Positions 40,573 to 50,806 of a stretch of 64,000 nt of DNA are shown here, one piece after another (the first letter of the stretch is position 1; each line of letters starts with the position of its first letter). Source of the stretch: an uncultured delta proteobacterium (GTDB taxonomy: Bacteria; Myxococcota_A; Polyangia; Polyangiales; Polyangiaceae); NCBI GenBank assembly GCA_963850305.1, contig CAWKKR010000004.1, positions 352,001 to 416,000 of the forward strand, in the 5' to 3' direction. The notes beneath the pieces were generated by a model. It saw only the letters and a list, made by a program, of their open reading frames with translations, was not told the DNA's origin and ran no database searches. Position numbers and translations under genes: made by a program.

Positions 40573-42513
40573 ATGTCCCCGAAGAGCTGGCTTGGCGTGT
40601 TCACTTCGTCGCTCGTGGCGGTCATCGCCATTGCTTGCTCGGCGAGCAACGGCCGAACGAGCGCGGGGCGCAATGACGCCGGCTCGACAGGCGGCTCGGC
40701 TTCGGGGGGCCAGAGTGCCTCGTCGAGCGGGGGCGGAGGCCCCGGCACCGGCTCGAGCGGAGGCGCGCCGGGAACCGAAGGCGGCGCGGGTCCTGGCGCC
40801 GGCGGCTTCGCGACGAACCTCGACGGAGGCCCAACGCCCGGGACCGGCGGAGCCAGCACGGGACCGGTCGCGGTGGACACTACACCGGGCCGTTGGCGAA
40901 CCGCGTTGAACCCCGCGACGGGTCGCTTCCGTTTCATCTCGCCCGACGGCACTCCCACCGTACTCCGTGGCGTTTCAATGACGGGATTCGAGACCGGTAC
41001 GCGCGAGACGGCTTCCGGCGGCGGCTTCTGGCTCTTCAACTCGGGACAGGCGCCGGAATCGACGAACGCGAAGACGGTGCTCGGCAACGTGGTCGACACG
41101 CTGGTCACGAACTGGAAGACGACCGTCGTCCGCATCCCGATCTGCGGCTCCGCGTGGGCTCAGAACTACACGGTGCACGACTATGGCAACGCGGAGATCG
41201 CCACGTACCGAGACTGGGTCGATCTCGCCGTGCAAAAGGCACGCAGCGACGGAGCGGTCGTGATCATCGACAACCATCTCTGGGCCATCGCCAAGATGGG
41301 CGACGGCACCGACGTCGATCGGGGCACGTTCACGAGCAATGGACAGACGTATCAGTACTCCCAGTTCGAAGACGGCTGCACGGGCGTCAACACGACCTCC
41401 GGCGTCGACAGCTGCGCGCCGTCCGACTGGTACACGGGCGATCCCTCGACGTGGGAGTGCCCGATCGCGAACGCGGACGGCGTGTCGATCTACAACGGGT
41501 ACAAGAACGAGAACGCAATCGGCTCCATGTGGGCGGACATCGCGACGCGCTACAAGGGCGACAGCGGCGTCTGGTTCGAGGTATTCAACGAGCCGTACGC
41601 GCGCAAGGCGACCACGCCGTTTCCGAGCTCGGGCGTCAACGAGGACGAGAAGGACTACCCGTGGGATCTCTGGACGTCCTACATGATGACGCAGATCCAG
41701 GCGATCCGCGATCAGGCGAAGGCGCCGAACATCGTCTTGGTGAACGGGCTCGACTTCGGTTACGATTTCGGCCCCGTGTACGGACCGATCGGAAATCCGG
41801 GGAAGTACCTGCCCTGGACCGCGACGTATCCGAACATCGCGTACGCGTTTCATCCGTACCAGCACGGTGCGTGCTGCGGCCAGATCGGAACCTCCGGCAC
41901 GGATCTGAGCCGGAGCGATCCGTACGAGTCCGGCTTCTGCTCCTATTACGAGGACGGCTCGACGTGGGGAACGGCGAGCGGCGCCGCCTTGCCAGGCGGG
42001 AACTCCTGCAGCAACGTCGGTTACGCGTCGACGCAGGACAAGAAGATGCCGCCGTGCACCTGGGTCGACGCCGCGTGGAATCCCAGTACGCAGTCGCTCG
42101 GCTTGTGCGCGGGCGATCGCACCGCGTGCGGGTCGAAGAACAAGGCCGAGTGCCTGGCCGTGGACCGGGGCTCACCTTCCGCCGGAGGCTGGTCGCAATA
42201 CGTCCTTCCGATGGCGAAGTTCGGTCCGCTGATCGCGACGGAGTTCGGCTCGTTCGACTGCAGCTCGCCCTTCGTCACAACGCTGCTCGACTACGCGAAC
42301 GCGTACGACATCTCGTACACCGCGTGGGCGCTCTGGCCCCAGAACAGTGGCGGCCCGGCAGGGCTCGGTTCCTGTGGCTACCCCTCGGTCATGACCTCGA
42401 GCCCGGACCCCGGAGATTTTCGTCAATGCTTCAGCCCCGCCGCCTGCGCATCGTTGATGCAACCCCTGCCCTGGTCGGGACAGGCGACCTTTCAGGATCT
42501 GATGAGTCACTGA
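40573..42513 (+). CDS. GH5 glycoside hydrolase lipoprotein with Cys-rich insertions
   Basis: IAIAC lipobox; VVRIP, IIDNH, FEVFNEP (acid/base), FHPY, ATEFG (nucleophile) and YTAW. Confidence 0.85.
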   Translation: MSPKSWLGVFTSSLVAVIAIACSASNGRTSAGRNDAGSTGGSASGGQSASSSGGGGPGTGSSGGAPGTEGGAGPGAGGFATNLDGGPTPGTGGASTGPVAVDTTPGRWRTALNPATGRFRFISPDGTPTVLRGVSMTGFETGTRETASGGGFWLFNSGQAPESTNAKTVLGNVVDTLVTNWKTTVVRIPICGSAWAQNYTVHDYGNAEIATYRDWVDLAVQKARSDGAVVIIDNHLWAIAKMGDGTDVDRGTFTSNGQTYQYSQFEDGCTGVNTTSGVDSCAPSDWYTGDPSTWECPIANADGVSIYNGYKNENAIGSMWADIATRYKGDSGVWFEVFNEPYARKATTPFPSSGVNEDEKDYPWDLWTSYMMTQIQAIRDQAKAPNIVLVNGLDFGYDFGPVYGPIGNPGKYLPWTATYPNIAYAFHPYQHGACCGQIGTSGTDLSRSDPYESGFCSYYEDGSTWGTASGAALPGGNSCSNVGYASTQDKKMPPCTWVDAAWNPSTQSLGLCAGDRTACGSKNKAECLAVDRGSPSAGGWSQYVLPMAKFGPLIATEFGSFDCSSPFVTTLLDYANAYDISYTAWALWPQNSGGPAGLGSCGYPSVMTSSPDPGDFRQCFSPAACASLMQPLPWSGQATFQDLMSH

Positions 42514-42541
42514 CCGCCCGTCGCGCCCGGGAGCGTCGCGG

Positions 42542-44200
42542 TCAGTCCTGAACGAAGTCTTCTTCGACGTAAAACGCAGCGCGCGTGCCGAAGCCGATCC
42601 CGGCGAGCAGCATCAGTCCAGCGAAGAGCCAGAAGAAGCTCACCAGAGGAAGCTTGGACAGCTCCGCCAGGACCGAGACGAGCACGTTGCCGATCGCCAC
42701 CGTGAGCAGCCAGAAGCCCATGATGGTCGACTTCATCCGCTTCGGCGCCTGGGAGTACGCAAACTCGAGACCGGTGATCGACACGAGCACCTCCGCGACC
42801 GTGATGATGACGTACGGCACGGCCTGCCACAGGATGCTCACCTTCCCCGGTCCGCTCCGATCGATTGCCGCCTGGATCAGCGCGACGGCCACGAACGAGA
42901 GCGACGCGACGATCATCCCGGCCGTCATGCGGCGCAGGGCCGTCGTGCGAACGCCGAGCTTCTCTACAACGGGATATCCGACGTAGTTCATGAAGGGAAT
43001 CAGGAGCATGACGAACACCGGGTTCAGCGCCTGCAGCTGAGCCGGCAAGATCTCGAAACCGAGAAAGCGCGCGCTTCGCATCATCTCCGCCTGCCGGACC
43101 CACGACGACCCGCTCTGGTCGAAGAGGGCCCAGAAGAGACTCACGAGAACGAACACGCTCATGATCTTGAGAACCGCGTGCGCGCCGCGCACGGTCTCCG
43201 CGCCGAAGTACCGAACGGCGGGTTGCAGGAAGCGACTCTCACCGGGCTCCGCGGAGGCGGTGCCGCGACCGCGGAGCCACTCTCGCGCAGCGCACAGCAC
43301 GATGGCCAGAAAGCCGTCGTCAGGTGCGCGGCGTTGTCGGATCGCGAAGAGGCCAAGCCCCGTTGCAAGGAAGCCGAGCGAGACGAGCACGATGACGAAC
43401 GCCGGCAGATCGGCGGTGAAGAACAGGTGCCCGAACGTCATGAACAGCGCAAACGACGACAGCGTGTCGAGGAGCCCGAGGGAGCCGCCCGGTGCGGGAG
43501 GCACGTGCACGAACACGTTCCGTCCCATGAAAAATACGATCGTTGCCAGGAGCATGAGCACGCCCGGGATGGCGAACGCGACGCTGATGGCGTGTCGCCC
43601 CCAGAAATCCGTCCGTGTATCGTGCCAGTCGAACACCCACGGGATGAGCAACATCGACAGCGTGCTGCCGAAGTTGATCATGAAATAGAAGATTTGATAG
43701 ATCGTCCGCAGGCGAAACCAGTTGTTCTTGCCGAACTGGTCACCGACGTGCGCGGACACACACGGCTTGATGCCACCAGAGCCGATCGCGACGAGCGTGA
43801 GCCCGCCCCACAGCCCGAGGAGCGAACCCTCGGTCAGCGAGAGAACCGCATGGCCGGCGCAGTACACGAGCGAGAGCCACAGGATGGTCCGGTACTTTCC
43901 GAGATAGCGGTCCGCGACGATCGCGCCGACCATCGGGAGCGCGTAGACCCCGGCGGCGAAGAGATGATAGTGCGCGGTCGCGACGTCGGCGACGTGTGCC
44001 GCGTACTCCGGATGGCGCGGGTAGAGCTGACCCGCCATGTACACGTAGAGGATCGATCGCATGCCGTAGTAGCTGAAACGCTCGCACCCCTCGTTGCCGA
44101 CGATGTACGGCACACCCGGCGGCCACTCCGTGGTGAAGGGGTCCGGCGCCGTGCGCGGTCCGCGTGCCGGCACGACGCTCACCCCGGGCGCGAGAGCCAC
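42542..44200 (-). CDS. POT/PTR family peptide transporter
   Basis: EGCERFSYYG (ExxERFxYY), GSGGIKPCVSAHVGDQF and FYFMINFGS. Confidence 0.93.
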   Translation of the reverse strand: MALAPGVSVVPARGPRTAPDPFTTEWPPGVPYIVGNEGCERFSYYGMRSILYVYMAGQLYPRHPEYAAHVADVATAHYHLFAAGVYALPMVGAIVADRYLGKYRTILWLSLVYCAGHAVLSLTEGSLLGLWGGLTLVAIGSGGIKPCVSAHVGDQFGKNNWFRLRTIYQIFYFMINFGSTLSMLLIPWVFDWHDTRTDFWGRHAISVAFAIPGVLMLLATIVFFMGRNVFVHVPPAPGGSLGLLDTLSSFALFMTFGHLFFTADLPAFVIVLVSLGFLATGLGLFAIRQRRAPDDGFLAIVLCAAREWLRGRGTASAEPGESRFLQPAVRYFGAETVRGAHAVLKIMSVFVLVSLFWALFDQSGSSWVRQAEMMRSARFLGFEILPAQLQALNPVFVMLLIPFMNYVGYPVVEKLGVRTTALRRMTAGMIVASLSFVAVALIQAAIDRSGPGKVSILWQAVPYVIITVAEVLVSITGLEFAYSQAPKRMKSTIMGFWLLTVAIGNVLVSVLAELSKLPLVSFFWLFAGLMLLAGIGFGTRAAFYVEEDFVQD

Positions 44201-45471
44201 GCGAGCGTCTCCAGGTGATGCGTCGAGGGAAACATGTCGAAACCGCGAATCTCGTCGAGCCCATAACCGGCGTCACGGAGTAGCCGGATGTCGCGCGCGA
44301 GAGTGGCGGGGTCGCACGAACAGTACACGACGAAAGGAGGCGACAGAGCCACCACGCTCGCGAGACATTCGCGAGCGCCGGCCCGCGGCGGGTCCAGCAG
44401 GATCAGGTCCAACCGTTCGTGCGCACGGACACACTCGGCGAGGCGCGTCGCGGCATCGCCCTCGAGAAATCCGTCGCTCGGAAGCCCGCGGGCGGCCGCC
44501 GCGCGACGCGCAGCATCCACGGCGCGCGCGTCGCGCTCCACGCCGATGCCGGACATATCGGCCGCGAGCAGGGGGAGCGAGAAATTGCCGGCGCCCGCGT
44601 ACGCGTCGAGGAAGCGACGGACTTTCCGCGTCCTCGCGCCGTCGATGACGGCCTCGACGAGCGCAACGTTGACGTCCCAGTTCACCTGCGTGAACACGCC
44701 GACGGGCGCGAAAAGCTCGACGTCGAGAGGCAACGGGTAACGCTGCTCGCGACCCACGGTGCCGCTCACTCCGTCGACGCAGAGAGTCCAGTCGCTCGGT
44801 AGCGCGTTCCGCACTGCCTTGACCGCGGGTGCGGCGCCGCCGGGGACGCGAGAGACGAGATGCACTGCGACGCGAGGTCCTCGCTCTGCCACGCGGACGT
44901 CGATTTCCGAGAATGCCGAGAGCGATGCTCTCGGCACGCGACGGATCGCGTCGAGGGCGAGCGAGATCTCACTCCGGCACGCGATGCACGATGGGATCTC
45001 GACGAGCTTCTGCGTGCCGCGCGCGAAGTAGCCGACTGCGCCGCCGGCATCGACGTGAAAGCGAGTGCGGCTCCGGTAGCCCAGGTCCGGCCCGAACGCA
45101 TCGACGCGGACGTCCTCCCCGAGCCGGACGCCCGCGGTTCGTTCGAGGGCCTCTCGGAGAAGCGCCTGCTTTGCAACGCGCTGTGCCCCGCAGTCGAGCG
45201 CCATCCAGTCGCACCCTCCGCAGTCCGCCGCCACCTTGCACGGTGGGTTTACCCTCGTCGTGGCGGCGACGACGAGCGACCACCGCGTGGCACGGACGTG
45301 ACCCTTTCTGGCCTCGATCGCGACGGGACGGATGACGTCTCCCGGGAACGCTCCGTCCGCAAATCCGACGCGACCATCCTCGAGCCGAGCCATCCCCTCG
45401 CCGCCCGGGACGACCTTCTGGATCGTCCAGTCGCGGCGCTCCGCGTCCGCTCGCGCGGGGGCTCTCGTCAC
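44179..45471 (-). CDS. RlmD/TrmA-family RNA (uracil-5)-methyltransferase
   Basis: TRAM-like start, CxxxxxCGGC Fe-S motif, FTQVN, LDPPRAG, YCSCDPATLARD and FDMFPSTHHLE. Confidence 0.9.
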   Translation of the reverse strand: MTRAPARADAERRDWTIQKVVPGGEGMARLEDGRVGFADGAFPGDVIRPVAIEARKGHVRATRWSLVVAATTRVNPPCKVAADCGGCDWMALDCGAQRVAKQALLREALERTAGVRLGEDVRVDAFGPDLGYRSRTRFHVDAGGAVGYFARGTQKLVEIPSCIACRSEISLALDAIRRVPRASLSAFSEIDVRVAERGPRVAVHLVSRVPGGAAPAVKAVRNALPSDWTLCVDGVSGTVGREQRYPLPLDVELFAPVGVFTQVNWDVNVALVEAVIDGARTRKVRRFLDAYAGAGNFSLPLLAADMSGIGVERDARAVDAARRAAAARGLPSDGFLEGDAATRLAECVRAHERLDLILLDPPRAGARECLASVVALSPPFVVYCSCDPATLARDIRLLRDAGYGLDEIRGFDMFPSTHHLETLAWLSRPG

Positions 45472-46082
45472 TGCCCGGGAGGCGCGAGCGTACCGAACAC
45501 ATGGTCCCAGAGCCGGGACGAAACGCCGAAGCGCGAACCATGGTCCTTGAAGTGATGAAGCATGTGGTGCTTCTTCAGGGTCCGCCCGTATTCGGTCTTC
45601 GGGCTGAAGTGGTGGATGTAGTAGTGCGTGAGGTCGTAAAACATGTAGCCGGCCGTGAACCCGGCTTGAAAGCCCCAGGTCAGGGTGTGGCCCAGCGTCA
45701 CGAGGAAGAGCCCGAGAAATAGCCAGAACAGGGAAATACTGACGGCAGGGGGCATCACCAGCCGGTATTTGTCCCGGGGCCAGGTATGGTGGACGCCGTG
45801 CACGAGAAAGTGCATCCGGTCGCCCCACGCGCCCTTCGGGATCCAGTGGAAGAAGGTTCGATGCAGCCAGTACTCCACGAACGTCCAGGACAGAAAGCCG
45901 CCGGCGAAGAGCGCCGCCGTCTCGAGCGGGCTGACTGCCGCGCGCGCGATGCTGTACCAGACCAGGGCGAACGACGCCGGGACGAACAGGATCGGCACGA
46001 TGGCCGCGTGAGTCCGGGAGAAGAGATCGACGAAATCGCTCTCGAACATCCGCGGCGATTCTGGGGTCGCCTTGAGCAGCAT
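45468..46082 (-). CDS. Fatty acid hydroxylase (FA2H/Scs7-like)
   Basis: His boxes HRTFFH, HGVHH, HYYIHH and HHMLHH; RLVMPP. Confidence 0.9.
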   Translation of the reverse strand: MLLKATPESPRMFESDFVDLFSRTHAAIVPILFVPASFALVWYSIARAAVSPLETAALFAGGFLSWTFVEYWLHRTFFHWIPKGAWGDRMHFLVHGVHHTWPRDKYRLVMPPAVSISLFWLFLGLFLVTLGHTLTWGFQAGFTAGYMFYDLTHYYIHHFSPKTEYGRTLKKHHMLHHFKDHGSRFGVSSRLWDHVFGTLAPPGQ

Positions 46083-46221
46083 CGGTCCTTTATCCTACAT
46101 GTAAGCAACGAAGGCCGCTCCGACCATAGAACGGCGCGCATCCGTTGAAAAGCGGGCGACGGCCCGGACGCCGTGCACTCATGGTCAGTTTGTCGCGTTA
46201 GCGCACGGAATTCACCACCCT

Positions 46222-46239
46222 CCTGACACGGATGTCAGG
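46222..46239. promoter_or_regulatory. Palindromic operator-like site
   Basis: CCTGACA-CGGA-TGTCAGG perfect inverted repeat in a divergent intergenic region. Confidence 0.45.
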
Positions 46240-46464
46240 GCCCGGTTCGACCGCGGCAGGCCGTTCCAGCCGCAGAGGACGAGGGAACGCGACCGGAGAA
46301 ATGACTTTGCGGGGGTCAACGCGCCTGACAGCGCTGGTCTTTCGCGGGGTTACAGCAGATCCGAGCTCCATTCAAATCTTCGTAGGGCAACGCGCGTCTT
46401 AAGCAGGACGGGAACAAGATGCGCGGCATCGTTGTTGCTGCTGTCGAAGGGACTGGAAGACGAG

Positions 46465-46830
46465 ATGCCTGACAACCTAAAGAGCGATCGGCCCCCGCGA
46501 GCTCCCTTCGATTCGCAATTTCCGAAGGAGGAGAGCCACGTGCGCGCCCGCGGCGAGACGCAGGAGCGATCGTCGGATTCCGGAACGCACTCGGCGGTCA
46601 TGCCGGCGACGGCCTGGCCGGAGAGCGTCGGGGAACGCACGATGCGCATCGATCGGAAGATCACGATCGCGACGCTAGTGCTCGAGCGCATTCCGCCAGC
46701 GGATCCACGCGCGCGCCTCCTGTCGTCGGCCATGCTGCGTCGCGACGAGGTGCTCCTCGACGCGGTGCTCGCGCAGATCACGGGAGATGCGGCGATCCCG
46801 CCGTCGAATCGCCCGAAGCCTGCGCGATGA
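46465..46830 (+). CDS. Small hypothetical protein
   Basis: ORF fills the intergenic gap; helical C-terminal half; no recognisable motif. Confidence 0.55.
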   Translation: MPDNLKSDRPPRAPFDSQFPKEESHVRARGETQERSSDSGTHSAVMPATAWPESVGERTMRIDRKITIATLVLERIPPADPRARLLSSAMLRRDEVLLDAVLAQITGDAAIPPSNRPKPAR

Positions 46831-46888
46831 AACGACCCGTGGCGGGCGGGCTGCTTTCAGCGAAGAAGGTAGTGCTACTCTCCGTGGG

Positions 46889-48415
46889 ATGCACCCGACA
46901 CGAGAGCCGCGCGTCATCATCCGGCACTGCGATTCGTACGATCCGGAGGTGATCCGGAAGATCGTTCGGGAGGGACTGGACGAACTCGGACTCAAGCCGT
47001 TCGGACGGACCTTGCTCAAGCCGAACCTCGTCGCGTCGGGCCCGCTGTTCCCACACGCCTTCACCCGCCCCGAATTCACCGAGGGCGTTCTCCGCGCACT
47101 CCGCGACCGAGACGACGGCCAGGTCGAGGAACTGGCCGTCGGTGAACGCTGCGGCATCACCGTTCCCACGCGGGAAGCGTTCCGGGGCGCGGGCTACAAC
47201 GAGATGCTCGATCGCGTCGGGGGCGTCAAAAAGTACTTCTTCGAAGAGGAGCCCCAGGTCGAAATCCGGCTCACTCACGAGGAGCGGCTCCGCGACTACA
47301 TCTTCACCCCGGAACCCGTCGCGCGGGCGGACTTCTTCGTCAACTGTCCGAAGTTCAAGGCGCACCCGTGGACCACCGTGACGTTCTCGAACAAGGCTTA
47401 CATCGGCATCCAGGACGATCGGCATCGGCTCATCGATCACGATCACCGGTTGAACGAAAAAATCGCCGACCTCCAGTACGTCATTCAACCGGAGTTCATC
47501 TGTATCGACGCCATCACCGCCGGTGAAGGCCGAATGCTCACGCCGATCCCTTACGACCTTCACCTGATCGTGATGGGCAACAACCAGGTGGCGTTCGACA
47601 CCGTATGCTGCAACATCATCGGGGTGGATCCGCACGAGGTCGATCACATCCGTTTCGCCGCCGAGCGCGGGTTCGGCACCATGAACCTGGACGAGATCCG
47701 GATCACCGGCGACGTGGCGCTCGAAAGCGCGCGTGAGCGCGGGAAGAATTTCCGGACCGGGCTCATCCGCGTCGAGAAGTATTTCGAGGGGACCCACATC
47801 AGCGCCTACGCCGGGCCACCTCCCGAGAACGAATACACGGATTATTGCTGGGGCGGATGCCCGGGCGCCATCGAGGAGGCAATCGAAATCTTGCGTCTCT
47901 ACGATGCCGAGTGCGACTCGAGGATGGCGCGAATGCACGTCGTCTTCGGCGCCTACAAGGGCCCCATCGACGCGCAGCCGGGCGAGAAGGTCGTGTTCAT
48001 CGGCGACTGCGTCCACTTCGAGGGCGAAGTGAACGGAAAGCTGATCGAAATACCGAATCTGTACAAAGACAGGTCGACGAAAGACCCGTATTCGGCCCAA
48101 GCAGAGGACATTTTCGTGAAACTGGCGAAGGTGAAAAAGCAGGTTCAGAACGCGGAAGGCATCGACTTTCTGCGCTTCGAGGGTTGCCCGGTGAGCGTTG
48201 CCGAGCATGTGCTGCTTCTATCCATGCTGGGCGGAACGAAGAACCCCTACACCGACGCGGGCAACAACTTCGGCTTCGTGCACAGCTACCTTGCGTGGCG
48301 AACGTCGACGATGGCCAAGCGCCTCCGCGGTGTGCCGTACCAGGTACGCGGACCGGGCCCGCGCGGCGCCGCGAAGCCGGAAGTCGTGCCTCCTCGGTCG
48401 CCCGGCGCCGAGTAG
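46889..48415 (+). CDS. DUF362 domain protein
   Basis: LLKPNLV, FTRPEF, NCPKFKAH, IDAITAGEG and DTVC; C-terminal GCPG and GCP motifs. Confidence 0.85.
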   Translation: MHPTREPRVIIRHCDSYDPEVIRKIVREGLDELGLKPFGRTLLKPNLVASGPLFPHAFTRPEFTEGVLRALRDRDDGQVEELAVGERCGITVPTREAFRGAGYNEMLDRVGGVKKYFFEEEPQVEIRLTHEERLRDYIFTPEPVARADFFVNCPKFKAHPWTTVTFSNKAYIGIQDDRHRLIDHDHRLNEKIADLQYVIQPEFICIDAITAGEGRMLTPIPYDLHLIVMGNNQVAFDTVCCNIIGVDPHEVDHIRFAAERGFGTMNLDEIRITGDVALESARERGKNFRTGLIRVEKYFEGTHISAYAGPPPENEYTDYCWGGCPGAIEEAIEILRLYDAECDSRMARMHVVFGAYKGPIDAQPGEKVVFIGDCVHFEGEVNGKLIEIPNLYKDRSTKDPYSAQAEDIFVKLAKVKKQVQNAEGIDFLRFEGCPVSVAEHVLLLSMLGGTKNPYTDAGNNFGFVHSYLAWRTSTMAKRLRGVPYQVRGPGPRGAAKPEVVPPRSPGAE

Positions 48416-48513
48416 CGGCGGACGCGGTGAGCGTCGTACATCATCGTCCAAAAATACGAAAGCGGTCACGTTTGGGTTCACGAAGCGTCGGGGTCCGAGC
48501 CATGATCTAGGTC

Positions 48514-49899
48514 GTGAGAAGACATCTTTCGATCGGATTGCTCGCGGTGGTGCTGGGCACTGCCGGAACCGCTGGTGCAACCAGCGTCGTGGACCACGTG
48601 ACGTCGGGAGGCGTCAACGCGAACGCCGCGACCATCCTCGCTGGCAAGGACGGCGCAACTTACGAGCTTCGCGGCGGCGCCCTCGTGGCGTTCTCGCCGG
48701 GGGCCGAGTTTGCGTTCGAGCCATCCACGCATCTGAAGATCAGAAAGCCGGGAGACCCCGAGACGCCCGCCCGCGTCGTCCGTGTGGTTCGCGGGCGTGC
48801 CGAGGTGACGATCCCTGCTTCCGCGCGCGAGTTAACCGCGGTTTTGCTTCGAGGGCCGGGAAAGATGAGCGCCGTCGCCAAGGAGGGTGTCTGCGTGTTC
48901 GTCGTGGGAAGAGATCAGACGACGGCCGCTTCGCGACAGGGGGAGATGCTCGTCGGCATCGGGAACGATTGGAAGCCGCTCCACGAAGGGATGGCCCGCT
49001 CGCTCGCGCCGGACGACCCCGCGGCGTTTCCTCATCCGATCCTCGCGGCACCTGGCGTCGTGGTGGATCCCGCGCTGGTCCTGCGCGAGGGGGACGATGC
49101 GCCGCCCGCGTCCGTACGATGGTCGGCGGTGAAGGACGCAACGAGTTACGAAATCACTCTGAGCCGCGTTACCGGCGCGTCGAGCGACGTGACGTCCCTG
49201 ATCGTTTCATCCGGAACGAGCGCGTCGCTCGGGGTCCTTGCTCCGGGATCGTATCTCGCGAGCGTGGTTGCCATCGATCGTCGTGGCTTGCCGGGCGTCG
49301 CCTCCTCGCCGCGGAGCCTTCGTGTCGTGGGAGTCGCGCTCCCCGCAGGCACGGAGCTGTCCAGGGACGGCGCTATCCTTCTCGGCGCCGACGACCGCGT
49401 CTCGCTGCTGGAAGCCGGTGGACTCGAGGTGAGCTACGGCGGGTCGTCCGTGTTCGGCGGGGCACCGGGCTCGCTCGGGCTCGCTCACGGAGAGGCCACG
49501 ACCGTGCGGCTCCGCGCTCGCGGATCGAGCGAGGAAGCGCTCCTCCGCTTCGAGCCCAAGGGCCTGCGTGCAAGGATCGACATCGGTCCGCACGAGGCTC
49601 GATGGCCCGTCGATCACGTCGCGATCCGGATCGACCTCTACGACGCGAGCGGACGCGCCGTTCCCGACGATGCGCCGGTGACGCCGTCCGTGACCGTGAA
49701 CCTGCAGCCGATCGACGCGAACTGGGCTCGCACCGGACACATTCTTCGCGCGACGTTGCCAGCCGGCACGAGTCCGGGACCATGGGTGGTGCGCGCGGAA
49801 GTACGCGACGCGCGAGGCGATCTCATCGGAAGGAATTTCCTCGAAGTGGCGCGGAGCAATTCCGGAGCCAAGACCGAACTCGCGAACCGCTGGCCCTGA
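48514..49899 (+). CDS. Secreted hypothetical protein (possible FecR-like and FN3-like domains)
   Basis: Signal peptide; beta-rich; VRWSAVKDATSYEI...PGSYLASVVAID FN3-like pattern. Confidence 0.6.
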   Translation: MRRHLSIGLLAVVLGTAGTAGATSVVDHVTSGGVNANAATILAGKDGATYELRGGALVAFSPGAEFAFEPSTHLKIRKPGDPETPARVVRVVRGRAEVTIPASARELTAVLLRGPGKMSAVAKEGVCVFVVGRDQTTAASRQGEMLVGIGNDWKPLHEGMARSLAPDDPAAFPHPILAAPGVVVDPALVLREGDDAPPASVRWSAVKDATSYEITLSRVTGASSDVTSLIVSSGTSASLGVLAPGSYLASVVAIDRRGLPGVASSPRSLRVVGVALPAGTELSRDGAILLGADDRVSLLEAGGLEVSYGGSSVFGGAPGSLGLAHGEATTVRLRARGSSEEALLRFEPKGLRARIDIGPHEARWPVDHVAIRIDLYDASGRAVPDDAPVTPSVTVNLQPIDANWARTGHILRATLPAGTSPGPWVVRAEVRDARGDLIGRNFLEVARSNSGAKTELANRWP

Positions 49900-49900
49900 T

Positions 49901-50722
49901 TCAGGCCCCCGCCAGGAACGGCATGATGGCCGACACTGTCTCCGCGGGGGCCTCCAGCATCGGCATGTGACCCACGCCCTCCAGGAGGGCCAGTCGTGCC
50001 CCTGGGATCCGCTGGGCAAGCGCCTTCGCGTTCGACGGAGGGATCAATTTGTCGAGCGCGCCGTGCAAAACCAGCGTGGGCCGCCGGATCTCGCGGACCC
50101 GCTCCGATCGGTCGCTGGTCAGGATGGCCTGAACTTGAGCCATGAACGTGTTCGCCGGCGTAGGCTGGCCGCGCGCATTGTCGAGCATCATGCGATACAT
50201 CTCCGGCGCGCGTTGCTCGAATCCGGGCGCGGCGATGACGCTGAGCGTGAAGCGCATCATCGCTTCCGGATCTCGGCCACGGCTCAAAAACTCGGCTGGA
50301 TCGAAGAGACGCATCGCGTCCGGGTGCGGGGGTTCGACCGTATGACCCCCGTAATGCGTGGACATGAGCACGAGTCGATCCACGCGGGCGGCGTGTTCGA
50401 TCGCGACGAGCTGCGCGATCATGCCGCCCATGGAAATACCGATGACGTGCGCGCGAGCTGCACCCACCGCGTCGAGGACCGCAGTCACGTCCCGCGCGAG
50501 ATCGGACAGCGAGTAACCGCCGGACGCGGGCGGCGACGCGCCCGCACCCCGGTTGTCCATTCGCACGACGCGATAGCGTTCGGCGAGCGCCGCGGGAAGC
50601 GAAGCGCCCCAATCCGTGGCGCGTCCACCCAGACCCATGATGAGGATTACCGTCTCGGCGCCGTTCCCCTCGACGATGTAGGCGACTTCGACCTCTCCCG
50701 ACCTGGCTGTTCCGTTTTTCAT
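49901..50722 (-). CDS. Alpha/beta fold hydrolase
   Basis: DNRGAG, GISMGG, HGALDKLIP and GVGH. Confidence 0.9.
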   Translation of the reverse strand: MKNGTARSGEVEVAYIVEGNGAETVILIMGLGGRATDWGASLPAALAERYRVVRMDNRGAGASPPASGGYSLSDLARDVTAVLDAVGAARAHVIGISMGGMIAQLVAIEHAARVDRLVLMSTHYGGHTVEPPHPDAMRLFDPAEFLSRGRDPEAMMRFTLSVIAAPGFEQRAPEMYRMMLDNARGQPTPANTFMAQVQAILTSDRSERVREIRRPTLVLHGALDKLIPPSNAKALAQRIPGARLALLEGVGHMPMLEAPAETVSAIMPFLAGA

Positions 50723-50806
50723 CGAGGCTCGGTGTGGTACGTACCCCGGACGGCCGGGCGCCTCAAGCGAGAGCCTCGACACTTCCGGACCACGAATTCC
50801 CCTGCG

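Noticed and set aside
42511..42537. TGACCG-N17-CGTC after the second GH5 stop
   Set aside because: Both elements deviate from the consensus and it points into a convergent gene; likely chance.
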